This document shows, one piece after another, positions 49,001 to 62,400 of a DNA stretch of 64,000 nt; position 1 is the stretch's first letter, and the number at the start of each line of letters is the position of its first letter. Source of the stretch: a virus; IMG/VR virus record IMGVR_UViG_3300044953_000102, positions 50,944 through 114,943 of that record. One strand, written 5' to 3'. The position numbers were made by a program, and so were the translations under genes. Below the pieces are notes generated by a model that saw only the letters and a program-made list of their open reading frames with translations, had not been told where the DNA came from and made no database searches.

Positions 49001-52000
49001 AGCAAAAGAGATCGTTAATCAAGAAATTGCAGCTATTGAAAACAATACTTTATTAAACACTTTAGCTGACCAAGGAGTATATGTAGATTTGGACGAATTT
49101 GCAGAATGGATTGAAACCAGAAAATTACCAGAACAATTTTTTGATGTTCCTAATAAAAGAATAATTAACAAGGGTTCAGTATTATATGAAGATTATATTG
49201 ATATATTCTATAGAGCTGCAGAATTAGCAAATAAAAAACCTGCTGGTGAACCATTTACTCAAAAACAATTACTTGATAAAAGAATTGAAGAACTTGAAAG
49301 TGAAAAAGCCGGTTTACTTGATAAAGAAAAAGAAAAGTTTGATGCTAAATTTCAAGAGGTCTATGGAATGACTTTGGAAGAATATAGAATAAAAGAATCT
49401 GAGAGAGTTACTGCAGAAACTTTAACTGATGAAGAAAGACAAAAGTTAGAAAATGAGAAAAAACTTTTAACAAAAGCTGCTGAACAGCTACAGTCTGATA
49501 ACTATGTAGAGGTGCAAGCAGCAGCAGAAGTTGTTGCAGAAGAAATCTTTACTAAGAAAAATGAAAGTGCTGAAGATTTCTTTAATCAGCAAACAGAAGT
49601 TCTTAAAAATGATCGTGATAAAAATAAATCTGTTTTCCAACTTTCTCAAAAGTACGACACTTCTGATATAGAAGATGCTCAAGAACAATTCAATGAAAGA
49701 ATAGATACTGCATTAAAATCTATAATTTATTCACAAGCTGTTTCTGGAAGACTTGCTGAGATAGAACAAGAACTTACTAAAGAACCTGCAGCTCCAGAAA
49801 TAGATGTAGAAAATACTAAAGAATTTTTAGCATATCAGGAAGCTGTTGATGCCATTAATGAAAAGTATGATAATCTTATATCTGAAGTTAAAGAAGACTT
49901 TAGAAGTAAAGGTATAGATGAAAATACTCCAGATCAATATACAACTAAGACAGAATTTTCTGACTTTGATGCACCATTCCGTGAACAAATCACTGAAGAG
50001 TTTGATACTTATTTAGTAGATGTATTAGGGGAGTCTTTAGATATTAAAACCAAAAATCCTTTAGAGTACGAAAGACTTAGAAAAAATTGGTTAGAAACAC
50101 AGACTAATTTAATTAACCAGTTTAATGAAGAAGCTAAAAGACTTGCAGGAGAAAGAGCTGCAAAACTTGCAGAACCACCTGTATTGAAATTTTCTAATAC
50201 TCAAATTGGAGCTAATACTCCTACATGGATTATTGCTAAAATGATTGATAGATACCAGTCATATTTAGAAGCTGGAGAATATCCTAATCCTCAAAAGGTA
50301 GATGAAAAAATTCAACTAACTCCAGAAACTATTGCTATGATCAATGAAGACATAGCAAGTCTAAATGGTTATTTGAATGCAAGAGTTAAGATGGCTCAAC
50401 CTAGAAACATTGCAGAAGAAACTATTGAAATTATACAAGAAAATGTAATTAATAAACAAGATGAAATAGTTGAGATACGTGATGAAGATGGTAATGTAAT
50501 TGGTAGAAATTTTAAAGATAGAGGTCCTACTGATCCAAGACCAGATCGTGTTACCGAAGTTGCTGAAGAAGTTGAAAATTCTATAAAGGAAAAAGAACCT
50601 TTTACATATAGTCCAATTAAACCTGTAGTAGATGCGGAAGGAAATGTATCACCATCTCCTGTAGAAAATCTATATAATCAATTCTTTAATGATCCTGAAA
50701 TAGTTCCAGAAGATCGCATTAGACTTTTTATGGAAGCATTTAAGAAAGAAGTATATAGAGGTAAAACTTCTGGATGGAAAGAATTTAGATTTGATGAAAA
50801 ATTAGAAGCTGTAGAAAACTCACTTAAAACTGTAGGTACTTACGAAGACTTAAGAAATACAATTGAGAAGTATGCTTTTAAAGAATCATCTGATGCCGGA
50901 GATTATGTTGATGGATTAATCAGAATATTCTTGACACCTAATGCAGCTACAGCATCTAAGTTTAGTGAGTTTAACTATAACTCAACTGTAGAGTTAAAAG
51001 GACGGCAAATTAAAATATCAGATGTAATGTCTAGAAAAGCATTTGATAAATTATTTGCTCCGGTAACTTCAACAAGTCAAGGAGGTATAGTTACTAAATT
51101 TAGACTTGGTATTGTAGATGGTACTTATACTATTCTTTCTGAAAATGTTAAATTATTTGACAAATCTTTAAGAGACGGTAAAGGTGTAACTGGTGAGGTA
51201 GATTTACTTCTTATAAAAGAAGATGGTTCTGTAGCTATTGTAGATATCAAAACTAAAAAAAGCTGGAAAACTTTTGGAGATCCAAAAGCAAAATATGAAA
51301 GCTCAACCTACTTTAGAGCACAACAATCAATCTATGCAAATTTATTTTACAATAATACAGGAATAACTCCAGAGATTAAATTAATGCCTTTTGAAGTTAC
51401 TCTTAGTTCTGATAAAATAGGTTATATAGATGATATTGAATTAGCTAGTATTGTACCTGCTGGACAAGATACATTTGATTTAGAATACTTACCAGAAGTT
51501 GAAAACTTTGGAATTGTAAAAATCAAACCAGAAATAAAAACACCAGTTAAAAAAACAGAAACTCCTACTCAAGAAATGGGACAAGGAATTCCTGAGTCTG
51601 ATCCAGTAATGAATAAACTAAAAGATAATGTAGATAAAGCAGTCATCTTTAATGGACGTACAGGTAAGCTTGTTAGAATGTCTAATGGGGCTTTTGGAGT
51701 AGAAGTAGTTGTAAATAGTAACATAACTGGATTACAACTTACACTTGATGCATTACAAGCTAATCTAGCAATTGAAAAAGGAGAGTTTGGAAATCCTGAA
51801 CTTATTGGAGAAATTGAAAACCAAATCAAAAAAATATCTGAAGCAATTGAATCTACTAAAGGTTTAACAGAAGTATTTCCATTACAGGTTGATTCTAAAA
51901 ATGTAACTAATGGTGACGTAACTTTAGATAAAGCAGGAGTACAACTTGTTATTCCAATCCAATCAATTGGTCAGCTATCTACTGTAAATGGTCAAGTAAT

Positions 52001-53468
52001 TAATGCAGCATTTTCAAATAAAGAAAAATCAATTGCTACAATAAATGGTGTTAAGTATGAAGTACTAAGAGATGCTAGTGGAAATATAACAGTTCTTAGT
52101 TATATGTCAAATGATGAAATGATCAGTCAAATCAACAAACAAGTTGGAAAAATGGCTGCTAAAATTTCAGATCTCCGAAACTCTGTTACTGTAGAAGCAA
52201 ACACAAATAGAAAAGATAGTTTACTAAATAGAATAGCAAAACTACAAGAAGATATTAGAACTCTTGATGGTAAAAGAAAATCTTTAATAGAGTCTAATAA
52301 AAAGATGTATCTTTATGGGGAGAATGCAAACAATTATATTTTTGCATTAAATAGATTACCAAATAACTTCCAGAGACTTACTGCAAATGCAACTAAAGCA
52401 AATGAAACACAAGATCTTAAGTCTATTAGTAATTTATCTTCAGACAGCACTATTGCAGATAATATTACAGAAATACTTTCTGATCAATATCCTGAAGCAT
52501 TAGACAAGCTTATAGATGGAGAAACAAAAGATTTAACTTCTGGAGATCTTTTAAAAATTCAGTTGTGGATAGAAGACTCAATAGAAAGATTAAATCAATT
52601 AGGATATACGGTAATTAACAGGGGTGATATTATTGATGATATAACAAATCAAATTAATGCCCTCAATGAAGTAAGAAATAACTTAGAATTAATTAAATTA
52701 ACTAAAGATGGAAAAATCTTCAACTACAAACAAATCGCAAAAATCTTCAGTGGATCAGAAGTACAGGAAGGGACTGGTGTATCTAAGGATGCGGGGACTA
52801 CCAGAAAACCGTCAGAAGGAGTTTCTAGACCAGCTACAAGAGAGGAACTTAAAGACCTTGTCAAACAAGCAAGAGAAGAAAATCTAGGTGAAACATTTGG
52901 AGAACCTACAGCACCAACAGTAAATTCTGCTGCTGTAGAAAAAATAATGAATGCTACACTAAGTAATATTGAAGAAGTTTATCAAACTGAGTTCCTTAAA
53001 GCTCAAGCAAATGATGAAGATATTACAGGATTAACTGAAGCATACAACACTAGACTACAAGAATTAAAGACTGTTGTGTCTATACAAAATGTAGAAGTTG
53101 GTGAATATCTTATTACTAAAAATTTTATTTTTGTAGGACCTACTAAAGTAGGTACTAATGAAATAGTTATTGTAACTAAAGTAAATAGTGATAAAGTCAC
53201 TTTAAAGAACATTAAAACAAATGTATCTAGAGAATTTACAGAAGCAGAACTTGTAGAAAATTTTGAAAAAACAACTATGGAAGCAACACAACCAGAACCA
53301 GAAGCAACATTAACACCAAATGATGTTGAAGATTCTAAAGAGTCAAAAGATACTGTTAAAGAAGTTATGAATGACCAAGAAGCTCTTAATAAATCAAAAG
53401 AGCAATCTAAAGCATCAAATAAAACTTCACGATGGAAGAAATTAGGAGAAAACTCAAATCTTTGTTAA
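46047..53468 (+). CDS. Giant ejection protein with Gly/Ala-rich membrane-like region and PD-(D/E)XK nuclease-like domain
   Basis: 2473 aa; hydrophobic G/A-rich segment ~46670-46830; VTGEVDLLLIKEDGSVAIVDIKT and QQSIYA at ~51183-51340. Confidence 0.7.
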   Translation: MIEETLNSAESINNQQSAFQQLMSQNNYLDPAKIEQPLAPQLNWKDNFVNQTNFIKDNTAGVTPDYPPSEVKSSQANGQTGGSFEAVMNGSLAKVNNMTDQGAYVQPYAYDASPQGTFRKKYKAYGQETYNKVGFHPLIDNESWFNQNTTFGDDLKRWATHSAWPMLSKGFMDPIKSYQSILNGDGLFYADEQSARDYEYYNAIGASTKGGLGGFTVNLLNSASYSMGILAEGAVEGALIGGLFGGGNVATGALEGAGTFLNKLGSLPRALVDASKAIGKLMSGVKNYSNLSKAKELFGSASRHFGNFINPLHNTTAAYQQLKNTDNITNLARSSVTAGALWHDMMSMNLALSEGKLEGGFTKYQAYDRLYNDYVAENGAPPSLEQQESMMKQASKGAFWNTLSNTALIYYSYKLVFPSITNASFLKGVPKFAFGKTVANVGKEFQILFDPGKKALEGAFTKQRVNFVNAIKSLAKPQTYGKVGLNYFKANVVEGSQEVMQDILQDTFQNYYVNTYKNKDARNFRYGLGLMGDAIEKQWSAQGLETFLSGFLMGTILQAPGFIKKYATIGYNDYLKKDASYKEYLDGREELADTVVDQLNTMYKNGHFFFDPRINNYANQALVANVVDNPEEHTTKEIKDAEFAAFQSAVLGSLQNGTFDMFIKHYEGYKQASAEDIEQAWSLKPGQGTKALERFDKALENAKQIKDRWNTAKEKMKFQVDATQYAEGTEERAIAEIYNKAYSQSLYNYVFLHNSFDDNAKRLNKLYEGIASLSVLKKSNFANFVGFTDPTRLTREIEMLKTEVENLESFGTSEALEEAAKKRELVELYSKFNEKQEALVDLFIDKTLGESNIITTRLNEIKKRILESNTNLDEDQAASQAIEQLVDQYESGETNEFLEYKEAFTELLFGLADTAEERMQLEQEIQSKGGIDDLFTDLLDTHILKNENAKLIEYVNMLATPREFYEHLQRNFKFMKDLYNNREEIAKEIVNQEIAAIENNTLLNTLADQGVYVDLDEFAEWIETRKLPEQFFDVPNKRIINKGSVLYEDYIDIFYRAAELANKKPAGEPFTQKQLLDKRIEELESEKAGLLDKEKEKFDAKFQEVYGMTLEEYRIKESERVTAETLTDEERQKLENEKKLLTKAAEQLQSDNYVEVQAAAEVVAEEIFTKKNESAEDFFNQQTEVLKNDRDKNKSVFQLSQKYDTSDIEDAQEQFNERIDTALKSIIYSQAVSGRLAEIEQELTKEPAAPEIDVENTKEFLAYQEAVDAINEKYDNLISEVKEDFRSKGIDENTPDQYTTKTEFSDFDAPFREQITEEFDTYLVDVLGESLDIKTKNPLEYERLRKNWLETQTNLINQFNEEAKRLAGERAAKLAEPPVLKFSNTQIGANTPTWIIAKMIDRYQSYLEAGEYPNPQKVDEKIQLTPETIAMINEDIASLNGYLNARVKMAQPRNIAEETIEIIQENVINKQDEIVEIRDEDGNVIGRNFKDRGPTDPRPDRVTEVAEEVENSIKEKEPFTYSPIKPVVDAEGNVSPSPVENLYNQFFNDPEIVPEDRIRLFMEAFKKEVYRGKTSGWKEFRFDEKLEAVENSLKTVGTYEDLRNTIEKYAFKESSDAGDYVDGLIRIFLTPNAATASKFSEFNYNSTVELKGRQIKISDVMSRKAFDKLFAPVTSTSQGGIVTKFRLGIVDGTYTILSENVKLFDKSLRDGKGVTGEVDLLLIKEDGSVAIVDIKTKKSWKTFGDPKAKYESSTYFRAQQSIYANLFYNNTGITPEIKLMPFEVTLSSDKIGYIDDIELASIVPAGQDTFDLEYLPEVENFGIVKIKPEIKTPVKKTETPTQEMGQGIPESDPVMNKLKDNVDKAVIFNGRTGKLVRMSNGAFGVEVVVNSNITGLQLTLDALQANLAIEKGEFGNPELIGEIENQIKKISEAIESTKGLTEVFPLQVDSKNVTNGDVTLDKAGVQLVIPIQSIGQLSTVNGQVINAAFSNKEKSIATINGVKYEVLRDASGNITVLSYMSNDEMISQINKQVGKMAAKISDLRNSVTVEANTNRKDSLLNRIAKLQEDIRTLDGKRKSLIESNKKMYLYGENANNYIFALNRLPNNFQRLTANATKANETQDLKSISNLSSDSTIADNITEILSDQYPEALDKLIDGETKDLTSGDLLKIQLWIEDSIERLNQLGYTVINRGDIIDDITNQINALNEVRNNLELIKLTKDGKIFNYKQIAKIFSGSEVQEGTGVSKDAGTTRKPSEGVSRPATREELKDLVKQAREENLGETFGEPTAPTVNSAAVEKIMNATLSNIEEVYQTEFLKAQANDEDITGLTEAYNTRLQELKTVVSIQNVEVGEYLITKNFIFVGPTKVGTNEIVIVTKVNSDKVTLKNIKTNVSREFTEAELVENFEKTTMEATQPEPEATLTPNDVEDSKESKDTVKEVMNDQEALNKSKEQSKASNKTSRWKKLGENSNLC

Positions 53469-53469
53469 A

Positions 53470-56400
53470 ATGGCATGTAGTTTAAATAGAGATCAAGTAT
53501 TAGATCTTTATGAAGTAATTTATGGTGAAATCATTGATAGAATTAAAGATTCTAATTTACCAGCTATTGATATTAATCAATTAATAAAAGAAACATATAG
53601 TGTTGTAAAAGAAGGTTCTGGTGATCAAGTAAAAGCTTTATTATATGCTCAGGCAATTCCAGATGTATTTCAATTAGTTACACAGGATGAAGAAGTAAAT
53701 GATTATCTAGTAGATAATAATTTTGACTTTACTGGTCTTGCAAAAATGAGAAAAAGATTTGCAGATCTTGCTGAAGTAGGAAAAGATGTTGCTCAAGAAA
53801 AAATGAGTAAGGATGAAATAGATTCAAAGATTAAAGAAACTAATAAATCTAAAAAAGATTTTTCTCTTAAAGTGGATGTTGATCCAAAGATTCTTTGGTC
53901 TTTTAATGAAGAGAATGGTGCAAAGGTCAGTAGTGTGTGGACTACTACTATTCAAATGGCTGTTGCACAAAATCCAGAAACAGTTTCTGATGAAGACAGA
54001 AATAAAATGGATCCTGAGAAAAAGTTATTTTCTGATGTTGTTAAATCAATTGCAAGAATTGCTAAGGAAAGATCAGGAAATGAACCAATTATTTATCAGG
54101 GAAGAGTGTTAACTCTAACAGCATTACTAACTAGAAACATAGATCGTGATTTATTAACTACAAGTGATAAAACACATATGGAGAAAAACCCTGATGACAA
54201 GGGTATATCTGCAGTTATAACAGATGAAGATGGTAATTTCTTATATTTTACCGAAGAAGGTAATATAACAGATAATCCTGAAGAGGGTCGCATTGTATAT
54301 CAGTATTTAAGAAGAGTAACTAATCAGAATGGTGAGCTCTATATTGGTAATCCTCAAAATAAACAAGGTAGAAAATATACACTCATTGATCCAGAAGTTC
54401 TTGCTAAAAGACATGCTGAAAAAATTGAAGAAAATGGTGGTAAGGTTTCCAAAGAGTTACTTAACTCACTAATAAAACAATATACTGAAAATCAATTAAG
54501 ACAAGTTAATCAGCTTTATGAGCTCAGAAAATTAATTGAAAATGGTAATGTTGAACAAATTATACTTCCAATTACGAGAGCTACATTTGGTGTTGCACCT
54601 ACGGCAACCAAAAGAGTTACTATTGTAGAGGCAGGTATAACTGAAGCAGATGTTAAAAGAGCTGTACCAATCACTAGTGGAAAGTATAGGGGTTATCAAT
54701 ATCTAATAGTTCAAAAAAATAAACCTGGTGAAATTGTTGCAGAACAAGAACTTTTAATAAGTTATTCATCTATAACACCAGAAATTGCAGAAAAAATTGC
54801 AACCGTTCTTACTACAAAAGCTTTATTAAAAGGTAGAGAATTAACTCCTGATGAAAGAAAAGCATATTTTGAACTCTTTATTAATAATACAAAAAAAAAT
54901 GATTCAAATACAAATCGTGATAGAATACAAGTTTTTACAAGAGTAATAAATGGTGAAAAAACTTTTGTTGTAGAAATTGCCGGAAAAAAAATTCCAGAGA
55001 CAGTTCTTTATACAGAAGAAGGTAAACAAATGATAGTAGATCATTTACTTGGTGTAAGTAATACAGCAAGACCTAAATATGTTGCAACAGGTAAAGAAAT
55101 AGGTTCTAATGAATATTGGCCTGCAAATGTTTCTTTCAACTTTACTGGAATGAAAAAACCATTTCCTGATTATGAAATTGAGGGTAATACAATAAAAGAA
55201 ACTTTAAAAAATTACTTTGATACAATCAAATCATTTGTCAGAGTAGTATATACAGATCAAACGTTAGCAGAAGAGGAAGGATTAAATGCATATATTAATT
55301 ATGTAATCCCTGAAGGTACTATTGATAATGAAGGAACTATTCCATTGTATAGACCTAAAACACAAACACAACCTCAAACAAAAACTAAAACTGATAAAGA
55401 AGTAACAAAACCTACTACAAAATCACAGTCACGGAATAAACCGGCTAATACATCTACACCACAAAAGGAATCAACATATACCATTTCTATGAAAAACCAG
55501 ATAAAAGATGCTGGTGGTAAAGTTGAGAATTACAAACCAAGAATGAAAGTAGATGAGTTAGCTAAAGCTGTTGGTCTTACAGAGAAACAAATCATTCAGT
55601 TTAGAGCAAATGCATTAGATGCAAGTCCAGATATAAAATCTACTGTACCAGCTAAACCTTTAACAGAAGCAGAAGTTAAAGAAACTAATGTTGAAAATAA
55701 TCCAGCAACTAGAGTAAATTTATTTGCTGATATTCTTGAAGGTTCTTCTAACAGTGCTTTATATAAAAAAGCAGAAAAGAATGGTCTTAATAGAGACAAA
55801 CTAAGAGGAAAATTTCTTGATAAAGTATTCACATCCAAAGCAGATAGAGAAGCTGCTGAAAGATGGTGGAAAAATTCTCCATTAAGTAAATTCATCTCTC
55901 TTGAGAGAATTACTGAAGTAGTAAACTCTGATGCATTTGCAACCTGGGCAGGATATGGTATTACACTTTATGAAGCTGATGGCGGTACATCAGTAGATCT
56001 TTACCACGAAGCATGGCATGGATTCTCACAGTTGTTCCTAAGTAAGAACACTAAGATAGACATGTATGAAAAACTATTAAAACTTCCAAAATATGCAAAT
56101 AGAAAATATGCTACAAAAGAAGATGCATACTTTGATATAGAAGAAGACTTGGCTGAAGAGTTTAGAGATTATGCAAAGTCTAAAGGTAAAAAAACAACTA
56201 AAGGATTCTTAAGTAAGATTTTTGATGCAATTTATCAGTTCATCAAGAATATGTTTGGTAGAACTAACAAGAAACAGGTTGCTACAAATCTTCAAGATAT
56301 CGATACTGTTAAAGAAATGTTTGACAAGTTGTATAGAGCTTCAGAAAATCCAGAGATTCTATCTAATCTAAAACCTTCTATGGATAATGTAATGTTTGGG

Positions 56401-59400
56401 AAACTAAACAGAGCAAAAACCATCAATGATAATTTTACATTAGAAGAGTCTAAAAAGATTTCTAATGCTATGGATAGTATGATGGCTGTTATATTCCAAA
56501 ACTATAACAGAGACTTTAATACTTCTGCCGCAGCAATAAAACTTTTAAAGAATCCTGAGTATAAAAAAGATCTTTATAAAGATATCTATGATAGATTTGA
56601 AAGACTTAGAATATCTTATATAGATCAGCTTGAACTTAATGATGAGTTACTGTTAGATCCTAAGTTTGTTAAAGAGTACGATCTTTTAGTTAAAATTACT
56701 GATAACTATGGTAATCTTACCGGAACACTTGACGGTAAAGAAAAAAATAATGTTATTGCTTATCACTTAGAGAAATCTAAATTTAAAATTCTTAGAGAGC
56801 AATATATTGAAATAGAAGATCCAAGTAATATTGAAAAGAGTTCAATATTTATAAAGAATGATGGCAATACAATTTCAGCAAAAGAATTAGCAAGTATAGA
56901 AACTATGATGTTACTTGCTAGTGTCTTTAAAGTAACAAGAATTAATGGTGAAGTTGTACAAAGTAGAGAAGGTTTATTTGGTCTTCCTGAACTTCAAGAT
57001 GTAGATATCACATGGAATAGACTTGCTAAAATACTACAAGGTTCATATGATGAAATGGATATGTACATTAGAATTTATGAAAATTCTGAAAACTATCCTG
57101 AGCTTAAGCAATTACTAAATCTTTTACCAGATCCATTTAAAATTAAAATGGGTTCTGAATATGAATCTAGTCTTGAATTTGATTCAGAAACAAATTTCTG
57201 GCAGGACTTTAAGAAACCAAGAATTCCTTATATACAGCTTAATCTAAACAAAGAGTATAAAAAATCTGAAGGAGCACCTACTATTAAGGAATATGAAGCC
57301 AGAATAGCAAAAGCTAATTTTGATGTATACCAAGTAATTCAGGATTGGAAATCTAATTTTGCAACAGCAGATTCTACAATCAATCCATATATTATAAAAG
57401 ATAAGTATGATAGAAACTTGTTAAACACAGCTAAAATAGTTGCAGACTTTGGGACTGATGGACGTTTCAATTATAAAAAAGCAAATGAGTTTCTTCAAGC
57501 ACTTGGTATTGTATTAGATCAATCAAGTACTGCTATTCAATCCATACTAAATAATACTACCAAACCTTTTAGTGCAACATTTGGTGTTGATAGAATGTAT
57601 GAGGTAATTAAAAAAGTAAATAAAAGTATTTCCCCAGATGCATTTCTATTCAAAAGAGATCCATTGACGTTTTTACTAAATGGTCTTCCTAGTTCATTAA
57701 GGGATAATGAAAAACAAAGTGAAGAAGTAAGAGGTAGACTTAGAGCTATTGCTGAAATACAAAATAAATTTTCAGACAGTTATTCTAACTTTAGTGTTCA
57801 GACTCCTGAAGGTAATAGAGTTTGGGAACACATGGTAGATAATACTATTACAAGAATTGTAACGGCAATAAACTTTGCTAAAAACTGGCAAGAGTTAACT
57901 ACAGATGCCGCAGATCCTGCTGGTAGATTTAAACAAATGAGATGGTTGAATGAAGCCAATAATACTTTCTCTCCATTCTCTAAAATATTAAGATCTATTT
58001 TTGATCTTGATCCAATGTCATCTACATATGGTGAGAAAATAACAGATACTAAACTTACTCTAAGTAATGTGGCTGGAACACAAATGGTAAGTTATAAAAA
58101 TGAAGGTGGGACATCTACTGCAGCTATGGATGCTACAAGTAAGTATCTACAAGAGTTTCATACAATGCTGTTGAATGGTGTAGAAGAGTTTATGAGACAT
58201 GCTTCTAAAAACACTGCAATGGGTCTTTCTGTAGATGGGGATATAATAACTTATAATGGTAAAAAGGCTGGTAGATTATATGTAGATATAGAATCCTTTT
58301 TAGAGTATGCTGACGGAGAAATTAAAGGATATGATATAGTTGAAGGTTATATTGCCGCAGAAGCAAATAGAATAGTTAGATTCCAACAAGACATAGATAA
58401 ATATAAAAACTATGCAGGATATAACAGAAAAGTAAAAAGAAAAGACAATCAGAAAACTCCAGTAATGGCTGGACAAGCATTTACAGCATTTGATGATGTT
58501 TTATCTCAGGGAGTTCAAGCTGAAATATATTCTATTCTAGATAAAGTTTCTAAAAATCCATTAGCTGATTTTAATTTTATTTCTGAACTTGATAATAATC
58601 CAGAACTACGAAACAAAATAAGAAAAGATGTAGCTGAATATTTTAATCAAGATACAGATGAAAATTTAAAAAGATTACAAAAAGCTAAATATATAGATAA
58701 GGGATTATTTAATAGAGTAAAAATAACTAATGATCAACTTACAGATGATGAGGTAGAACGTGCTTTAGTAAAAGCATACACTTATAACTCATTTATCCAT
58801 AAAATGGAAACTGTAATCTTAGCATATGGTGATTTAGCACAATACAATCATGCTAAAGAAGAGTTTCATAAAAGAAATGCTGGTTTAGGTTCTGGTGGTA
58901 GAGGGTTCCGTGCAGATGCAAGAGCACAAGTATATCTTAGTTCTTTAAAGAATTACTATGCTGAAAGAAGAGGTTATAATGTAAGAAACTATGATGGAAC
59001 TTTAGTTACAGCTATAATGAAAGAAATGACTTTCAATTCTGTAATGTACAAAGAATACAGAGATGCAATTGAAGAGGCTGTATTTGAAAGAACTAAAGAC
59101 AAGAAAAAAGCAAAAGAAATTGCAGATATCTCAGCATCAGAATACTTCAATGAAGATAAACCACAGATGAAAATTGCTGATGGTCAAGGTCTAATTTCAT
59201 TTGAATGGTATAGAATACTTAAAAATGCTGAAGGAAATTGGAGTGCTGAACAAGAGTTACTGTATAGAAAAGTTTCATTAGGAGAAAATATTACTGCAGA
59301 AGATGTGGTAGAGTTCTTTCCACCATATAAATTGCAGTACTTTGGTAATATAGAAGCAACTGGTCTTCCTATAAATTCATTTCATAAATTTTCACTTGCA

Positions 59401-62400
59401 CCAATAATTCCAGGAGTATGGAAAGAAGGTACACCAATATTTGATTTACATGAAAAAATGATGGAAGATCAAGTAGATTATGTTTTATTTGAGTCTGGAT
59501 CTAAAGTGTCACATCTTGGTTCTGGAGATCAAATACTTAATCCTAATGGCACATTTAATAAAGATGTTAAGTTTACTAAAAATATAATTTTTGCTGATTT
59601 CTTAAAGAATCAAACTGAAATAAACTCAAGCTATAAAGATAAATCAATCTTTTCTACACAGATGAGAAAAATGATTTTAGAAGGTCTTTATGAAAGAGGT
59701 AAAATTAAGTCTACTAAATATAATGATATTACTAATGATAGAGTAAAAAAATATATACGTAATGTAGAAGAATACACAAATCTATTAAAACTAGAACTTC
59801 TAGAAGAAATGGGTTATGAAGAAACTTCTCCAGGAGTTTATAAAACAAAAGACAATTCTAGTACAGGTAAGCTTTTAAATATGATTAGACAAAATCTTGA
59901 AAGAGAAGATCTTTTAAGTGATGATCTTATTGAGTTTATTGATGTATATGATGAGTCTGGAGAACTTGAACATGATTTGTCTTTCCATCCAGAAGCTGCT
60001 AAAATAGAGAAGTTATTACTCTCTATGATTAATAAGAGAATTATCAAACAAAAAGTTTCTGGGGAACCACTAGTACAAGTATCTGTAGGTCTTACTGCTG
60101 GTCAATTTACTAAACCTGATTTAAGAAAAGCAACAAAAGATGAAATAAAAAAGTGGGCATCAGCTACATATCTACTTCCTGGTTATCATAGAAAATCTAA
60201 TGGTTATACTGCAGCATCCAAAGTAATGATTGCAATGCGTGGTACATATTATAATCTTTTCAATTTAGAATACCAAGATGGAGAAACTGTTGGTGTATAC
60301 TTTGAAGATGGTAAACTGGATATGGATGCTTCATTAGCAAGATTAAATGAAAAGATTAAAGATGATGCTTGGTTAGATGCAGACAATGAAGCTAACAGAA
60401 AAGCAATAACTCTTGTTGGTGTAAGAATTCCAGTACAAGGTCTTGCACAAATGGAGTTTGCTGAAGTGTTTGAATTTTTACCACCTCAAGCAGGAAATAT
60501 TATCATTGTTCCAGCAGATATTGTTGCTAAGTCTGGGGCTGACTTTGATATTGATAAAATGACTACATATATTACTACACTTGATGAACAAGGTAAAGTA
60601 ATAAAAAGAGAATATAAAGACAATGATGAAATTAAAAAGCTTAGAGGAACTGATCAATTTTTGCAAGCTATTACTTTACAAAAAATAGCATTAGAAAATG
60701 AGATGATTCAGGATATGAAAAATATTTTGGAGCTTCCAGAAAATTATGCTTCTTTGATTATGCCAAACGGTACTTTTATTCTTAAAGAAATTGCAGATAA
60801 ACTAGCATCAAAGGTCATGGAATATAATCCTAAGAAGAATAAAATGACTGAAGATACTGGAGAAATTAGTCCTACGAGAGTACTTGAAGCATTATATAAT
60901 GTATACAAACATGAATCAAATATTGTAGGTAAGAAAACTTTAGGTCTGGGGGCAATTGAAAATACATTCAATGTGATCATGAATACATTGGGTGCCTACA
61001 TGCCTGATGAATATATTATCAGCAAAGAGGTAAGAAAAAGTAATATGCGGTTGAGACATAACAAAATGGATAAAAATGGCAAAGAAGTTATTTCTATGTC
61101 AGACCTCTATGATGTTGATGGAACAAATAAAATCTCAGATGTTATATCACAAATGATGAACGGATGGGTAGACGTTGAAAAGGATGCATGGATCTTCTTT
61201 ATTCAGGGTAACTATGAGGTTGCTCCAACATTACTCTATCTTGTTAAAGCTGGTGTGCCAGTAAAAGAAGCAATTTATTTTGTGTCAAATCCATTAGTTA
61301 GAGAATATGTAGATGAACAACGTCTTGCTAAATCTACATTTGCTGATGTGCTTGGTAAAAAACCTAAAAGTCCAGGACTTGCAAAATATCAAGCTGCATC
61401 AAATATTATTAAAAAATACTTTGATAAAGATCAATTGAAAGGAACATCTAAAAATGATGAAAGATATTTAGCAGGTCAAGACTTATTAAATGAGTTTTTT
61501 AAAGGTAAAAAGCAAAAGCATTTTACGGAAAATGAAATGTTAGATCTAATTGAAACAGATAATAGAAATAGTGATATAGCAAAAGCAATGTTCTTACATT
61601 ATCTAGAATTAGAACAACAGATTGCTGGCTATACTGCATTGAAGATGTCATCTAATCCAGATACAAGTACTAAGTCTACTCTGTCTGATGTAGAACAAAC
61701 AGAAGCAAATATTGAAGATTTATTCTTTGATAAAAGAGTTCCAACAGAAATAGTTGAAGCTATGATTGATGACTCAATTTTAAAGTCATTTTTTAATGGT
61801 CCTTTAGCTCTGGCTGTAAGTAGACCTTTATTTAAATTAAGATATCATAAGACAATTAGTGATTACTTAATTGGCAAGAAAGATAAAATACGAGAAGATT
61901 TAGAAATTACATTCCCTGGTAAAAACATTGAAATGTTTAGTAATGTATTTAGAAATGACTTGGTAAGTTTTATATTTCAAAATGCCATTAGAAAATATAA
62001 AAAAGAAGATGGTTTTATATCTTTAAACATGGATACCACTATTCCAACATCTATGGCAAAAGAACTTAAGAGAGGTGCATTTGTTAAGAATGGTACTTTA
62101 TATCTTGATATGAAGCAGCTTCAAAAAGAGTTTAAAGAAAAAGCTTGGATTAAAAATTCTGAAGCAGAAAATAGTTATGAAAATAGAGGTTTATATCCTT
62201 TACATCCATCAACATTCATGAATAACTTTGAAGTTAACTTCAATGAGTATTTAAATTTTGTATCTCAAAGAGAATATTTAAGGTCTATTACTCCAATGAC
62301 TCAAGAGTATGTTGATTCATTCTATTTCAAAGAAGAACTTAAAAATACAAAAGAACTATTTGAAGATTTGTCTAATGAAAAAGCCGTAAGATATACTTAT

